A DNA stretch of 64,000 nucleotides from Cetorhinus maximus. Taxonomy: Eukaryota. The notes under the pieces are model-generated. The model did not search any database and was not told the origin of the DNA. It saw only the letters and a program-made list of their open reading frames with translations. Positions 34,432 to 47,655 of this stretch are shown one piece after another; position 1 is the first letter of the stretch; every line of letters begins with the position of its first letter. A program made the position numbers and the translations under genes. The stretch spans positions 59,582,001 to 59,646,000 of the forward strand of contig NC_135897.1 in assembly GCF_964194155.1 (NCBI RefSeq). Reading direction: 5' to 3'.

Positions 34432-36738
34432 GGGCAGAATTTTCCATCCTGGAGATTATGTGTGGTTGTGGGTGGGATAATCAGTGTGATTCCTGCTGGC
34501 CCACAAGGTGAGTGAACCCCTGTGATCTTTCACTTTTCAGCTCATTAATTATGCATCAACAAGGAGCTCGGAAAATCTCATGGCGGGGCAGGAAGTTGCC
34601 CACCCTGCCATTACCTCATGGGGCCGGAGGTCCTGGCACGGTATTTAATGGGCACCCGGACATACATTCACTCATTGCAGGCCAGGAGCTCTGCATTACC
34701 CCCCCAGAGTCCTTGCAGCCACAGCTTGTACTGGAGAAGCTCGCAGATATGAGCAACCACATCGCGGGACATACGAGGGAACCTTGGCATTGCCTTTCGT
34801 CCATCTCTCGATAAGAGCACCGCCAACGATACACCTATGGTTGGGCCAATGTTCGCCATTGCAGTGGTCCATGTTCGCCAGCCTCTTGACCTTATAGAGG
34901 CCCCACTACCTCTTGCTGCTCATGGTCCTATGCCAACCGGCCACGGGCCAGCCTTCTCCTCATCTGGATGAGAGCAATGACCAAGGTATGGCTTCCTGCA
35001 GTCTCCATCACCGATGCCTCAGTAGAGGTGTAAATGAACTGAAGTGATACATTAAGTAAGCATATCCTTTACAGGTTTCCCTCCATCTCAAAGCCAGCAG
35101 GCAAGTTCTAAGCCCTTCACCTGGCCTCTGTCTAGGCATGACATCCCCACCTAACCCCTTCCAGGTAAAGGACATCCTGGAGGACCAGAGATGAGTGTTT
35201 CTTCTGTTCATACATGACTGTGCATGGAGACGTTGCTCTTTGACCAGAGTGCTGACAGTCATCGACAAGAAGCCTCACACAGACACTTATCCACTTGTCT
35301 TGACTATCCCCGAAACTCTATAGAGAGACCATTGCCTTGGCAGCATAGAAATATTAACCGCACGATCTCTTGTCAGTCATGACCATTCAACTTGGAGGAT
35401 GGAGGTTTGGAGTTGTGAGTTGGTTGCCCTCCACCAGCCGTGTCCCCTGGATGCGTTCCATCTCCCTCCCTCCCTTCACCTCTGCCTCTGACTGCAGCTA
35501 ATGGCAAATGGCACAGAATGAACAGCAGCTCCACATCTTGCTGGGGCGTTGATGTTATGAGACCCATGAGTCGGGAACAAACCTGTTGCAATGCTGGCTT
35601 CACCATAGAGAGGAGAACACAACTGAGCATGGTTGACATCCAGTTGCCTCATCATTATTAGAGTCTCCCTTTAGTCGGCCACATATGCTGACCTTGAACT
35701 CTACCCACCCGAAAAGACCCTCCTCCCACCTCAAGGGACTCACTGACTGACTATGTGGTCAAGGCCAGTTTGGAAAAATAGTGAACCTTCCAGGCTCAAT
35801 CCACCACCTACTACCCTCCCCCGTCACCCACCAACTTCCCCCCATCACCATTGACCCGCCCAATATCACAATTCCTCTCTCCTCCGTCACGTTTGAACAT
35901 CCCCCTGTTAGCCTGGACCCTATTATGATCCAACTCCACATGCCTTTCCTCCACTCAGAGCCGACACCCGTTACTGTCCCCAGTGCCCACCCTGACCCTG
36001 CCTCCTCCCGTTATCTGAGCCACCTGTCTCCTTGACCCACCAGATGAGAATTTCACCTACCAGACACTCACCCTGGACTGGCCAACCTACCGCATCCCAC
36101 TCCGCCCTCTGACTGTGACTGCTCCCTCCTATCACTAGTAACCTGAGTTCTCCACCCAGGACCCCACAGTCAAAACCACCAACCCCGCCCTCTAAGACAC
36201 TCTGCCGCACCCCCCCACTTCCCCAGACATTCCCCCCCTTCCCTAGAGTATCTCCTCAGACATCCACCCTACCCTGTCCTCTCTCCAGCTTTCACCTGCC
36301 TGCCTTGTCCAGCCTTAGTGCAGCATTGGCTACCGGCACTCAATATGAGTGAAGTTATGCAAGGTCCCCAAGAAGGAGAAAGCAACATCCACGGACCTCA
36401 AAGTTGTGGAAGAAGTGAAGCTCTCCAGGTGCATGCCACTTATATACGGTCGTAAAACTGAAGGTTTTAAATTCTTGATGGCGGGAAACTTACTTTGGAG
36501 GCCAAACTTAATTCCAGTGAGGTGCCCTTTTAATGCATGAGATGCTAATGCATGCAAATGGGGTTTCCAACATTCTTCGTCAGAAGCTTGGCCCGACTTT
36601 AACCTGCCTTGAATGTCGGGAGAACAAAATTCCAACAGTTTATCCCACCGTCGGGAAACAGGTATTTTGCTTCCTGCCAATTTAAGTGCCCCCATCCACC
36701 ACAATTCCCACTGCTTGCAGAAGTGGAAAATTCTGCCC
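34432..36738. mobile_element. Harbinger deletion derivative B (5' part of transposase on minus strand)
   Basis: TIRs GGGCAGAATTTTCC / GGAAAATTCTGCCC; flanks ATA/ATT; YRWRCSYREMDERQC...RMSRDVVAHICELLQ at ~34680-34835; C-rich tract at 35700-36300. Confidence 0.8.
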
Positions 36739-37097
36739 ATTGTGTGAGAGTGGATACCAATTAAGAGTTTACTCAATGCGTCAAGATAGCAAGATCTAGT
36801 ACTGAATGAAGGCCTGCTGTTTTCCTTTGTAACTCATTGTTACTGTACTGTGACTATTCATGTTTTGTTTCACACAATGGGTAATTTTGACTAAAATAAG
36901 CAGTGCTAATTTATAGCCTATTTAGATCTTTCACAATTTTTATTTTCATTGAATTTCGTATTCATTTGTGAGGTGCTGAAATGACCAGTCACAAAGACAT
37001 GAACATAAGGAAATGTGGAGTGCAAATACTTGCATAAAACAATATTAATTTCCTGAACAAGCAGCAAAATACATTGTGCTTTTGTGTTTGTTCTATA

Positions 37098-37385
37098 GGA
37101 GAAACTAGACCTGTTTAAGCTTTTCATCTTGCACTCATCAGGACACTTGCAAGACTATCAATATAAGGTGGAAAACAACAATTTATACTGTATGTGAAGA
37201 GGGTGCTGATTAGTTGGCAAGTGGTGTTGCCATGAAGAATGCACTACTGATGGTGACTGACAGTTAACTGCCAAGCATTGTTTGAAATTCAAACCAGGCA
37301 GCTTTACCCTGATTGGTCAAGACTAAAAGCTTAGACATGTGTCTTTTTTCAGCAATTTTCAAGTTCTGTACTACCAAGCGACTAT
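37098..37385. repeat. Second Penelope-type repeat family with hammerhead-like core, inverted ends
   Basis: Minus strand 37108-37146 reads GTGTC-CTGATGA-GTGCAAGAT-GAAA-AGCTTA; partial inverted copy (caagactaaaagcttagacatg) at ~37318. Confidence 0.6.
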
Positions 37386-37551
37386 GTAGAAACTGGACCC
37401 ATAAATTACTGTCCTGTGTATATACCACGCATTGAAGATATGACACAGTCCAGGAGTCTCACCCAAGTGCTTTCTATAAAGAGGATAAAAATGCAGGATC
37501 AATAAACTCAGGAATTAATCAGTTATCAGCACTACTGCTCTTTGTTCAAGA

Positions 37552-38228
37552 TAAATGAATTTTACGCCTCCCGGCCCGATCAGGGGTAAAATAGCGCGGG
37601 ATGACCTTGGACAAGCATCCTGACGTCATCCGTGCTCGCACGAGATTTCGGTCGGCGCGCGTGCACAGAAGTCGGAAGCACGCCAGCCGACAATTAAGAG
37701 TGCAATTTATCCCATTAACGGTGCAATTGACTCCGATTTTTTGTGACCCGTCCAACCTTAATGTTGGCGGATGGGCGAAGCAGCCAGGCGGCCTTTGCAT
37801 TTTTCATCAAACTTCATCCACGGGCAGGGTGAGATTTCCGTGATGAAATAAAATATAAATAAATTCTCTGTGGACAGCATTTTCATTCGCTAAATTTTCG
37901 GGTGATTGATTTTGATGCGTGGACACTTTTTTTCAGATTTTGAAACCTTTATTTTTGCTTTTTCAGGCGTTCAGCTCCCTGAGGCAGCTCTCTGTCTTCA
38001 GGGAGCTTTCTGTCAGGGCGGGCCCACTCCTGCATTGTAATTGCCCACCCTCTTCCTGCCCCCACCCCAACAGCGCTGAGCTTTTCACCACATGTTTCGC
38101 GCTGGTTGGCCGTTGATTGGCCAGCCAGCATGAAATCGCGGTCAGGGGCTGATCGCAGTCAGCAGTCCGTTCCTCGACCGATCCCGGGCCCACCGATCAT
38201 GCCGCCCACCAGCTGAAAATTCAGACCC
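37552..38228. mobile_element. Harbinger MITE (hairpin family, diverged)
   Basis: tgaattttac...gaaaattcagaccc ends, left TIR degraded; gtccaacctta..gttgg and ctccctgagg...cagggag shared with the other MITEs. Confidence 0.8.
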
Positions 38229-40664
38229 ATGAGATGAGAATTACTCCTCCGCACCTTCTAAGCTGTAACACTGTAAACTTATTTCCAATTTTTCTGCAAG
38301 TGAAAGGTGCATTGCAATCACAGTCAGGATAATAGAGAGAGCCACTAAGCCCTGAGGTCCTTTACCTTAGGAAGGAGGGAAAAATGAGAATTGAGTCACT
38401 TCATTCTTTGAGCAGTAGCATTATGAAAAGATCAGGAATACAGAAAATCAATAGAAAATTAAGCTTAATTATAATTTGCCTTTGAATGATATGCTTACTG
38501 CTGATTGTATAATATCTACCAGCTATTAATGACTACCACGAGATAAAACAATTTCCTCAGTACCACAGCTGGGTTATTATGACTTAGCCCTGAGGGGTGG
38601 AATCAAATAATTAGGGCAGATTCACCACATTAATAAACTATTTTTAGACCTCCTGGAACAGGAAGGCCAACTAACAGCTAGTCCTACTGACATTGCTGAT
38701 TTAAATCGTATTCAGGGTTCAAGCTGTATTTTCAAATAGCATTTTGAGAGGCAGAGGGAGAAGAACATGTGTTATTCGTTGCAGTGTGACCTCTACTTAC
38801 TGTTATGGCATGCTTCCTACAAACACTAACACAAATAGTTCAGCGCTGTGAATTCTTACATTCTTGAGGCACTGTTTCTACAAGGTTGCTTTGCACAATG
38901 ACAAACACAGCAACATGAAGTGCACTTGACAAGTCCCATAATCCCGTTTATACCAAACTAAGGATACTTCCCTGCTGTGGACTCACCACAATACCATTTT
39001 TATCAAAGCTGTCCAAAATAATTTGCTTAGGTTTCTTACAGATTATGAGGAGACTTTCGTTTTATTGAATCCAGAATCCAGCAGGATCACAGGGCAATGT
39101 TTTAATTACTGTGCTATGCAAATCATCCTACCCCATGATTTATGCATTTATAAAAAGATACTGACAATGATAGATTCCTAAAACATTACTAATTCATTGC
39201 ATAGAAAAGATGACTGCATACAGGGCTGAAAATGAACAGGAACACTAATGACCGCTGGGGGTATGTGGCATCTTTTATCATAAGCTATATGCCTTAAGTA
39301 TTAATTTTACATCTAAAGTATTAAAATTAGTTATTTTAAATGAAGCAACCTTCTTATATATTTCACAAGTGACCAGGAAAATTATTTATCATAATTCTGT
39401 CACTAAACCTTACAATCATTTATTTGTAGATTCAATTTAATACAGATTTGCTCATAACGTTTATTCTATTTTTCACTCTGTGCAATCCCATGGAATTTCT
39501 GAGGTAAACTCCTGTTAAGTGCGTGGGACTTCAACGTTTCTTTTAACCAAACTGAGTTAATGTACATTTTTGTGATTTTAAAAATGTATACCAATACTTA
39601 TCATGATAGTCTCAGACAGCAGGGTTACAATTACTTTTTCTATATACTCTACCCTAGTAACATATTGATCAGGGAGTTGGATGAGCTCGGCTGTGAATTT
39701 GTTAGAAATTAGTTATCCTGGTAAAGTTGCTGAAGCCTTTGAATCAGGACATGTTGGAGAAATGCCAAAATGATTTAAGCTTTGGTTGTAATAATAGCAG
39801 TCTGCAGTCTCCATTATGGCAATAATATTTGTTATTCGGTTCAAGTTTGTAATTAGATCAACTGAATTTAAAGTAATACTACTAGAAGTTCTATCTTTAG
39901 CTGGTGAGTGCTGTCACTTAAACATGATTGACAACAATGAGAGCCATGTATGTACAAGACAGATGTAGTCAATGTTGGATGATTACAACATGTAGGTTAA
40001 AGTTCATTGGAAATACTACAAGCTTTATGACAAGGCTGAGAAAATGTAGCAGGTTTATTGAATTAGCATAATTTTAGGAGGTTTTTAAATTAATTATATT
40101 CTGCTGTACTACAAAAATAAATTGCTTTTCCTTTTTCACCTCAACCCCACCACCACCCCCGGCCTAACACACATAAGCCCTCAGATCATTGAAATTAATG
40201 CCTTTCAGTAAGAGAGGAATACAAGCCTCATGTTGAGGGAAAATGGTTAATAATCATTGTCCTTATACCAATTGTTCTTTTGAAAGGGATAGGTTCAAGT
40301 ACATATCGTATAGTTTAATGTGCACTTTACTTTAAAAGGAAAACCTTGAAAACTTGGAGAAATTAATGTTACTGACTACGTTACTATTTTTAATGCACTC
40401 ATTCAAAAGATAGCAGTAACAAAACAAATCATATTACAATTCAATCTCAAGTATATGGCTCAGTTGTCTTCCAAGTGTTTAGTCACATGGTTAAATTACC
40501 ATTTTTGCTACTTATCCAAAAGCAACAAGTAATCTAGTAAAAAAAACTCGACAATTCAAAGCCATGTTTCATAATTTTTTTACTCGTGCACTTTTTCACC
40601 GAAAGTAGCAACATCAGCAATTTTCTCCCTATTTTACTGAAGAGCATCAAATGGGCTGATTCAT

Positions 40665-40909
40665 GGAGGCAATTTTAACCTAATGTGCTGCGTGGGAAAG
40701 CCATGGGATCAGGTGGGATGCTGATTTTACACCCCATCCGATGGGGACAATTTTAACTTATCCCGCCAGTCAGACAGAATTGGGTGCAATATGTGTTTGC
40801 CACCGCATCTGATTTTACTCTCCATTGAAGTCAACGAGTAATATTGAGGAGGGTGTAAAATCAGCATTCCATGGTCTCCCACCCAGCGAGTTGGGTTAAA
40901 ATCGACCCC
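40665..40909. mobile_element. Palindromic MITE (~245 bp)
   Basis: ggaggcaattttaacc / ggttaaaatcgacccc termini; inner arms atgctgattttacaccc / gggtgtaaaatcagcat; TSD unclear. Confidence 0.65.
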
Positions 40910-41849
40910 ATAAAATCTGAAGTATAGTGGTTACGCCTGTGTATTTACGGTGCAAAGTTCTGGCTAAGTCACACCCCGAGAGTCACGAATCATAAAAATC
41001 TGTTTAAAAGATGTGACTTGTGCATTAATTTTACTGAATATTTCTCTCTATCAAAGTGAGGAACATCAGTGCTGGGGAATAGAACTCTTCCTATTTCAGA
41101 CATCCAGTGTTCTCAGGCCAGGGAGAGCATAACCTTACCCCTCTCACCATCCAAGTCCCCTCCCCCCACAACAGCTTCCCTCAGGACTAAACCATGTCGT
41201 AATTAGTCAGAGAAATAGTCAGTAAAATCAGTGCATAAGCTTTATCTTTATATTCATATTATTTACTTGAACTTAATCAACAAAAGTGTTGTTGGTTCAT
41301 GTTGACCTCTCTGCAAAGTGCTACCTTCTAAGCATTTCATGCCGTTCGTACTTCAGTTTGACACTGTTGCATTAAGTATACATGATAAATTCATATGTTG
41401 GAAATATCTGAGATGGAGTATTTTTCTGCCTTTACTAAAGGTAGTGTCATCATTCAGAGGCCTAGCCATTATATATTTTCTAAATATTATATATATATTA
41501 CATAATGTCCTCCAGTTATCCCTGTTTGTTGATTGGGAAACTCATATTTTTAAAAGGTATCAGTCTCTATGGGGATTGTAACAAAAGATATGCAAGTGTT
41601 CATTCTGAAAAGTGATCATCCAATGCTATTGCCATATATCTTACTCCATTCAATACTTTAAGTTGAAAAAGTACTTAGGCAGCTGTTATCAGATTGGAAT
41701 AAACAAAGCTTCAAGTTTGCTCTTCTCATTCAAGTGCAGTGCCAGTTAGTAGTAAGCTGCCCACTTGCACCACACCTAAACATGTTCCTGTACTGTGCTG
41801 TTTGGCACTGTATAACTGTGCCATTAGTTGAATTAAATAAAGTATGACA

Positions 41850-43760
41850 ATGATATAAGAGAACTGCTGCCACCATTAGTTTTGAATCTGAGATTAGCAG
41901 AGCTGAGTGTGAGTGCCATGGAGCAAGGTTAAAAATTAAACTAAAAGTACTGTCAGTACGAGTAGAGTAAATATAACAGTAAGTGAATTAATAATAAGAG
42001 TATTAGCACAGAGCAGGTCTAGAGGCATTCGTTAAAATTATTGGTTTAACAAAGTGCTAACTAGATTCTAAAAGAGGGAATAGAGATTTTTAGATTATGG
42101 ATGGGCAGCTGAGACCTGTTGCTTGCAATTCCTGCACCATGTGGGAACCTCAGGAGACTTTGTGTGTTTAGGGGAACCACATGTGTGTGAAGAGTCTCAG
42201 GCAGCTTGAGCTCAAGCTCAAAAGTTCTGTGCTTGATTGATGCAGGAATCACTGTGGAGCATCAGGGAGGATGAGAGTTTCCTGGATCATTCTCTTCAGG
42301 AGGTGGTCACAGGCAGTGAGTGTTCAGGATAGAAGCTGGATATCCATCCAGAAGAGTAGGAAGGGGCAGGAAATGCAGGAGTCTTCAGGTTGTGGGCCAC
42401 TCTCAAACTAGTACTCAGCTTTGGAGACTGCTGAGAGAAATGCAGTCCAGACCATGGCATCAATGGACAGGAAGAAACAGATTCCATAGTTAAGGGGGAC
42501 AGAGAGTTATTTCTGTAACCTTCATTGTGCATCCTGCCTGGTGCCAAGGTAATGGACATCACAGAAAGAGTGCGGAATATTCTGCAGGGGGAAGGGAGTG
42601 AGCCAGAAGCTTTGGTACACATCGATATCAATGACATACACAGGGCGGGTATTGAGGTCCTACAGTCAGATTTTCAGTAGCTAGAGAGAAAGTTAAAAAA
42701 GTAGGACCTCAAGGCAGTAATCTCTGGATTACTCCCAGTGCCATGCACTAGTGAGAGTATAAGAGGATGGGGATCAGTGCATGGCTTGAGGCATGGTGCA
42801 CGAGAGAGGGCTTCAGATTCCTGAAGTATTGGGACCAGTTTTGGGGCAAGAGGCAACTATTCAAAAGGGTCAGGGACCAATGCCCTCAAAGGGAGGCTCA
42901 CTAGTATAGTTGAGGATGAATTAAACTAAATTGGCAGGGGGATGGACACCAGCATATAGAAGTAGAAGAGGTATTAAGATGCATAAAGTGAGAATGTTAG
43001 ATGGTACTAGGGAAGTTAGTAATACCGTATCAGGTAGAAGTGGACTAAGAAGGACTACAAGAAATACAAAGACAGGTTTGGAATATAAGTACATAATCAC
43101 AAAGTGTGGTGAATAAGGTTGGTAAGCTACAAACACAAATAACCACGTGGGAATATGATGTAGCAGCAATAATGGAAATATGGCTTAAAATGGTGAGGAC
43201 TGGGTGTTCAGAGAAGATAGGGAAGGAAAAAAGTGAGGTGGGGTAGCAGTACTGACTAGAGAAGATACTGTAGTGTTGAAAAGAGAGGATGTCCTTGAGG
43301 AGGCAATAACAGAATCCATTTGGTTAGAGGTGAGAAGCAAGAAAGGTATGTTCACACTGCGGGGGATATTCTATATGCCTCCAAATAGTGAGAGAGAGAT
43401 GGAGAAGCAAATCTGCAGGGAAATCACAGATTTTCTTTATTCTTTCATGGGATGCGGGCATCTCTAACAAGACCAATATTTGTTGCCTATCCCTAATTGC
43501 CCTTGAGAAGGTGGTGGTCAGCTGCCTTCTTGAACTGCTGCAGTCCATGTGCAAGAACTATAGGGTTGTGATATTGGGGGGACTTTAAAATTACCCAAAT
43601 ATCGATTAGAATAATGTTAAAGTAAAGGAAAAGCAGGGGGTGGATATTCTGACATGTATTCAGGAGAACGTCCTTGACCAGTATGTTCTCAGTCAAACGA
43701 GGAAGGAGGCACTGCTGGATCTGGTGCTAGGGAATGAGGTGGGCCAAGTGGACTAATGAC
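41850..43760 (+). mobile_element. CR1 LINE 5' region: ORF1 (zinc finger, SGNH esterase) and ORF2 endonuclease, degraded
   Basis: MDGQLRPVACNSCTMW; DSIVKG; LPGAKVMDITERVRNILQGEGSEPEALVHIDINDI; ESIWLEVRSKKG...FYMPPNS; LLDLVLGNE; a small reverse LINE-tail insert at ~43430-43545. Confidence 0.85.
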
Positions 43761-43814
43761 TGGATTTCCAATTTCCATTGGAGGAAAGTACAGGTGCAAA
43801 AGCGCATTTGCGGC

Positions 43815-46120
43815 AATGTAAGAACATATGAAATAGGAGCAGAAGTAGACCACGTGGCCCGTAGAGCCTGCTCCCCCATTCGATACGATCATGGCTGTTT
43901 TTGGGCTTCAACTCCATTTTCCTGCCTGTTCCCCATATCCTTTAATGAGACACCAAAATATGTCTATCCCTGCCTTACATATATTCAATTATAGAGCACA
44001 ACCTTTTAAGTGAAGAAATTTCTTCTCATCTCAGTCCTAAATGATCAGCTTCTTATCCTGTGTCCCCGTGTTTTAGATTCCCCAACCAATGGAAACAATC
44101 TCCCAGCATCCACCCTATCAAGCCCCTTCAAAATTTTGTATGTTTCAGTGAGACCGCCTCTCATTTTTCTAAACTCTAAAATATGCACAATTTACTCAGC
44201 CTCTCATCATAGGACAACCCCATTCAAACCAGGGACCAATTTAATGAACCTTCGCTGTAACGCTTCCAATGCAAGTATATCCTTTCTTAAATGTGGAGAT
44301 CAAAACTGCACACAGTACTCCAGATGCAGTCTCACAAAAACCCTGTACAACTGTAGCAAGACTTCTTTATTCTTATACTCCAATCCTCTTGTAATGAAGG
44401 TCAATATGTTGTTTTCCTTCCTATTTGCTTGCTGCATCTGCATGCTAACTTTCTGTGTTCTTTGCACAAGCACATCCAAGTCTCTTTGAACATCAACACG
44501 TACCGGTTCCTTACCTTTTAAAAATATTCTGCTTTTTTATTCTTATGACCAAAGTGAATAACTTCACACTTGCCTATATTATACTCCATCTGCCATATTG
44601 TTGCCCATTCATCTAGCCTGCCTATTGCAGCCTCTCTGTATTCTCCCCACAGCTTACCTTCACACCTATTTGGTATCATCAACAAACTTGGATACATAAT
44701 TTTCTATCTCTTCATCTAAGTCATTAATATAGATTGTAAATAACTGAGGACCTGGCATTGATCCTTGCGGCACCCCAGTATTCGCTGCCTGCCAAACAGC
44801 CACGTTTATGCCCACTCCCTGGGCTGAATTTTTTGCTGAGTGGGCAGCTGCACGCCTGACCCGCTCGAACGTAAAATGCCGCGCGATGACGTCCGGCAAG
44901 CGTCCCGATGTCATCGCGTACCTGCGCAATATTGCGTTCGGTGGGCGCACGCAGGGGTCAACAGCGTGCCCGCCAACAATTAACTGGCCTATTAAGGCCA
45001 TTAAAGTATTAATTGAATTCAATTTTTTGCTGCCTGTCCAACCTTCCGGTTGGCGGGTGGGCGAATTGGCCAGGCGGCCTTTGGACTTCTTATGAAACTT
45101 CATCTAAGGGCGGGATGAGGTTTCCAACAGGAATTTAAACTTTTTTAAAATGCTGGAATGTAATTTATAACATGTCCCTGCTCATGTGACACAGTCACAC
45201 GAGGGGACATGTTTTTAACATTTGTAAGTTTTTTATTTTTGACTTTAAAAATCTTCAGCTCCCTGAGCTCTCTGTGCCTCAGGGAGATTTCATTGCGTGC
45301 ACCTGAGCACGTGCACAAACCTCCGTGCTCATCCTCCTCCCTCCCCCACACCGGCAGCCCTCAGTGTGGTAGCGCACGTTTCACACTGGCTGGCCATTAA
45401 TTGGCCAGCTAGCGTGAAATCGGTGTTGGGGCCCGAGCTTGGGCGGCAGTCAGCTTTGCGACTGCTCCCAGGCCTGCCGCGCCCGTCTGAAGAGGTAAAA
45501 ACCCTGCCCTTTGTTTCCTATCTGTTACCAATCCTCTATCCATGTTACTATATTACCCCTAACTATGTGAGCCCTTATTTTGCCTATTTAACTTTTGTGC
45601 GGAACCTTATCAAATGCCTTTTGGAAATCTTGGTATACTACATCTACTTTTTCCCATATACCTTACTAGTTACATGCTCAAAAAATTCTAATAAATTTGT
45701 CAAACAGGATTTCCCTTTAGTAAAACCATGTTGACTTGTTCTAATCATACTGTGCATTGTTAAGACTTCCTTAATAATAGATTCCAGCATTTTCCCAACA
45801 ACTAATGTTAGGCTAACTGGCCTGTAGCTCACTGTTTTCCTTCTCCCTCCTTCCTTGAAAAGTGGAGTAACATTTGCCAACTTCCAATCTAGTGGGATTG
45901 TTCCTGAATCCAAGGAATTTTGGAAAATCATGGCCAGCACATCCATTATCTCTGCAGCTATCTCTTTTAGAACCCTAGGGAGTAGGCCATCGAATCCTGG
46001 GGATTTGTTGGATTTTAGTCCCTTAAGTTTCTCCAATACTTTATCTCTGCTGATATTAATTTCCCTAATTTCCTCATTCTTTTTAGCCCCTAGGTTATCA
46101 TCTATTTCTGGCATCCCAGT
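43815..46120 (-). mobile_element. CR1 LINE RT and 3' end, internally deleted, split by a MITE
   Basis: KLKGLKSNKSPGFDGLLPRVLKE...WKLANVTPLFK...YRPVSLT...QHGFTKGKSCLTNLLEFFE; GVPQGSMPGPQLFTIYINDLDE...SKFVDDTK. Confidence 0.92.
44821..45509. mobile_element. Harbinger MITE (hairpin family)
   Basis: GGGCTGAATTTTT / AAAAACCCTGCCC ends; flanks CCT/TTT; CR1 reads through on both sides. Confidence 0.88.
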
Positions 46121-46334
46121 CATGGCTGCCATTCGCCTTTACAAAGGGCCGTTGGTTCTTGGGTGCCACCTCCAGGCAGTTCCGGCACTGCTAATTGGGT
46201 GCCAAATGTCCCCCTAACGAATTAGGCCCTCTGCATCTGAGAATCACATTGCATCATAATGCCACAAGATGCAGGGTTGGGACCTGGAAATGAGGGCATC
46301 AGGTTCCTGACTCCAGATTGAAAATCCAGCCCCA

Positions 46335-46637
46335 AGTGTCTGTGGGGAAACCCTTGGTTAAGAGTGATCATCATATCATAAGGTTTAGGTTCATATTGGA
46401 GAAGAACTAGGACCAATCTAAAGTAGAACTTCTAAATTGGAAGACGCCTAATTTCAATGGAATGAAAGGGAACCTAGTCAGGGTAAAATGGAGCCAAAGC
46501 CTGACCGGAAAAATTGTAATGGAACAATGGGTGATCTTTAAGCAGAAGATGTTTCAGGTTACAGGCTAGGTATCTTGCAACAAGAGTGAAAGGTAAGGGC
46601 ATTAAAACCAGGGCTCCTTGCATGATGAGGGAGATAA
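46335..46637 (+). mobile_element. Continuation of the forward CR1 ORF2 that was interrupted at ~43760
   Basis: VSVGKPLVKSDHHIIRF (endonuclease SDH motif) follows DLVLGNE..QVD; then NWKTPNF, EQWVIFK. Confidence 0.7.
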
Positions 46638-46639
46638 CA

Positions 46640-47655
46640 CACAAGAGCACACAAGATAGGAGCAGGAGTACACCATATGACCCGTCAAACCTGCTCTGCC
46701 ATTCAATTCAATCATGGTTGACCTTGGGCTTCAACTCCCACTTTCCCACTCACTCCCCATATCCCTTGATTCCCTGAGAGACCAGAAACTTGTCTATCCC
46801 AGCCTTAGATATGTTCAACAATATCCACAACCCTCTGGGGTAGAGAATTCTGAAGATTCACAACCTTTGAATGAAATAATTTCTCCTCATCTCAGTCCTA
46901 AATGATCATCCCCTTATCCTAAGGCTGTGCCCCTGTGTTTTAGATTCCCCAGCCAGCAGAAACAATCTCTCAATGTCTACCTTGTCAAGCTCTTTCAGAA
47001 TCATGTATGTTTCAACAAGATCACCTCTCATTCTTCTAAACTTTGGAGAATATAGGCTCAATTTACTCAGCCTTTCATCATAGGACAACCCCTCTCATCC
47101 CAGGGCCCATCTAGTGGACATTCATTGTACTGCTTCCAATGCAATAATATCCTTCCTTAAATGTGGAGACCAAAACTGCATATAGTATTCCAGGCGTAGT
47201 CTCACCAAAGCCGAGTACAACTGTAGCAAGATTTCTTTATTCTTGCACTCCAATCCCCTTTCAATAAAGGCTAACATGTTATTTGCCTTCTTAATTGCTT
47301 GCTGCACCTGCATGCTAACTTCCTGTTTTTCTTCAATGAGCACACAGAAGTCTCTCTGAAGATCAACATTTAAGTTTCACATCTTTTAAAAAATATTCTG
47401 CTTTCTATTCTTACAACCAAAGTGAATAATCTCACTCTTTCCCACATTATACTCCATCTGCCATCTTGTTGCCCACTCACTTAACCTGTCTATATCTCTT
47501 TGCAGCCTCTCTGTGACTTCCTCACAGCTTACATTTCCACCTAGCTTTGTATCATCAGCAAATAGATACCTGACTTAGTCGAAGAGACAAAAGGTAATTA
47601 ATATAGCGTGTATATAGCTGAGGTCCCAGCACTGATCCTAGCAGCACTTCGACAT
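46640..47655 (-). mobile_element. CR1 LINE 3' end
   Basis: KKANNMLAFIERGLECKNKEILLQLYSALVRLRLEYYMQFWSPHLRKD; SYDERLSKLSLYS..FRRMRGDL. Confidence 0.92.

Noticed and set aside
44010-44489. 159-aa plus-strand ORF
   Set aside because: It is the antisense shadow of the CR1 ORF2 C-terminus.
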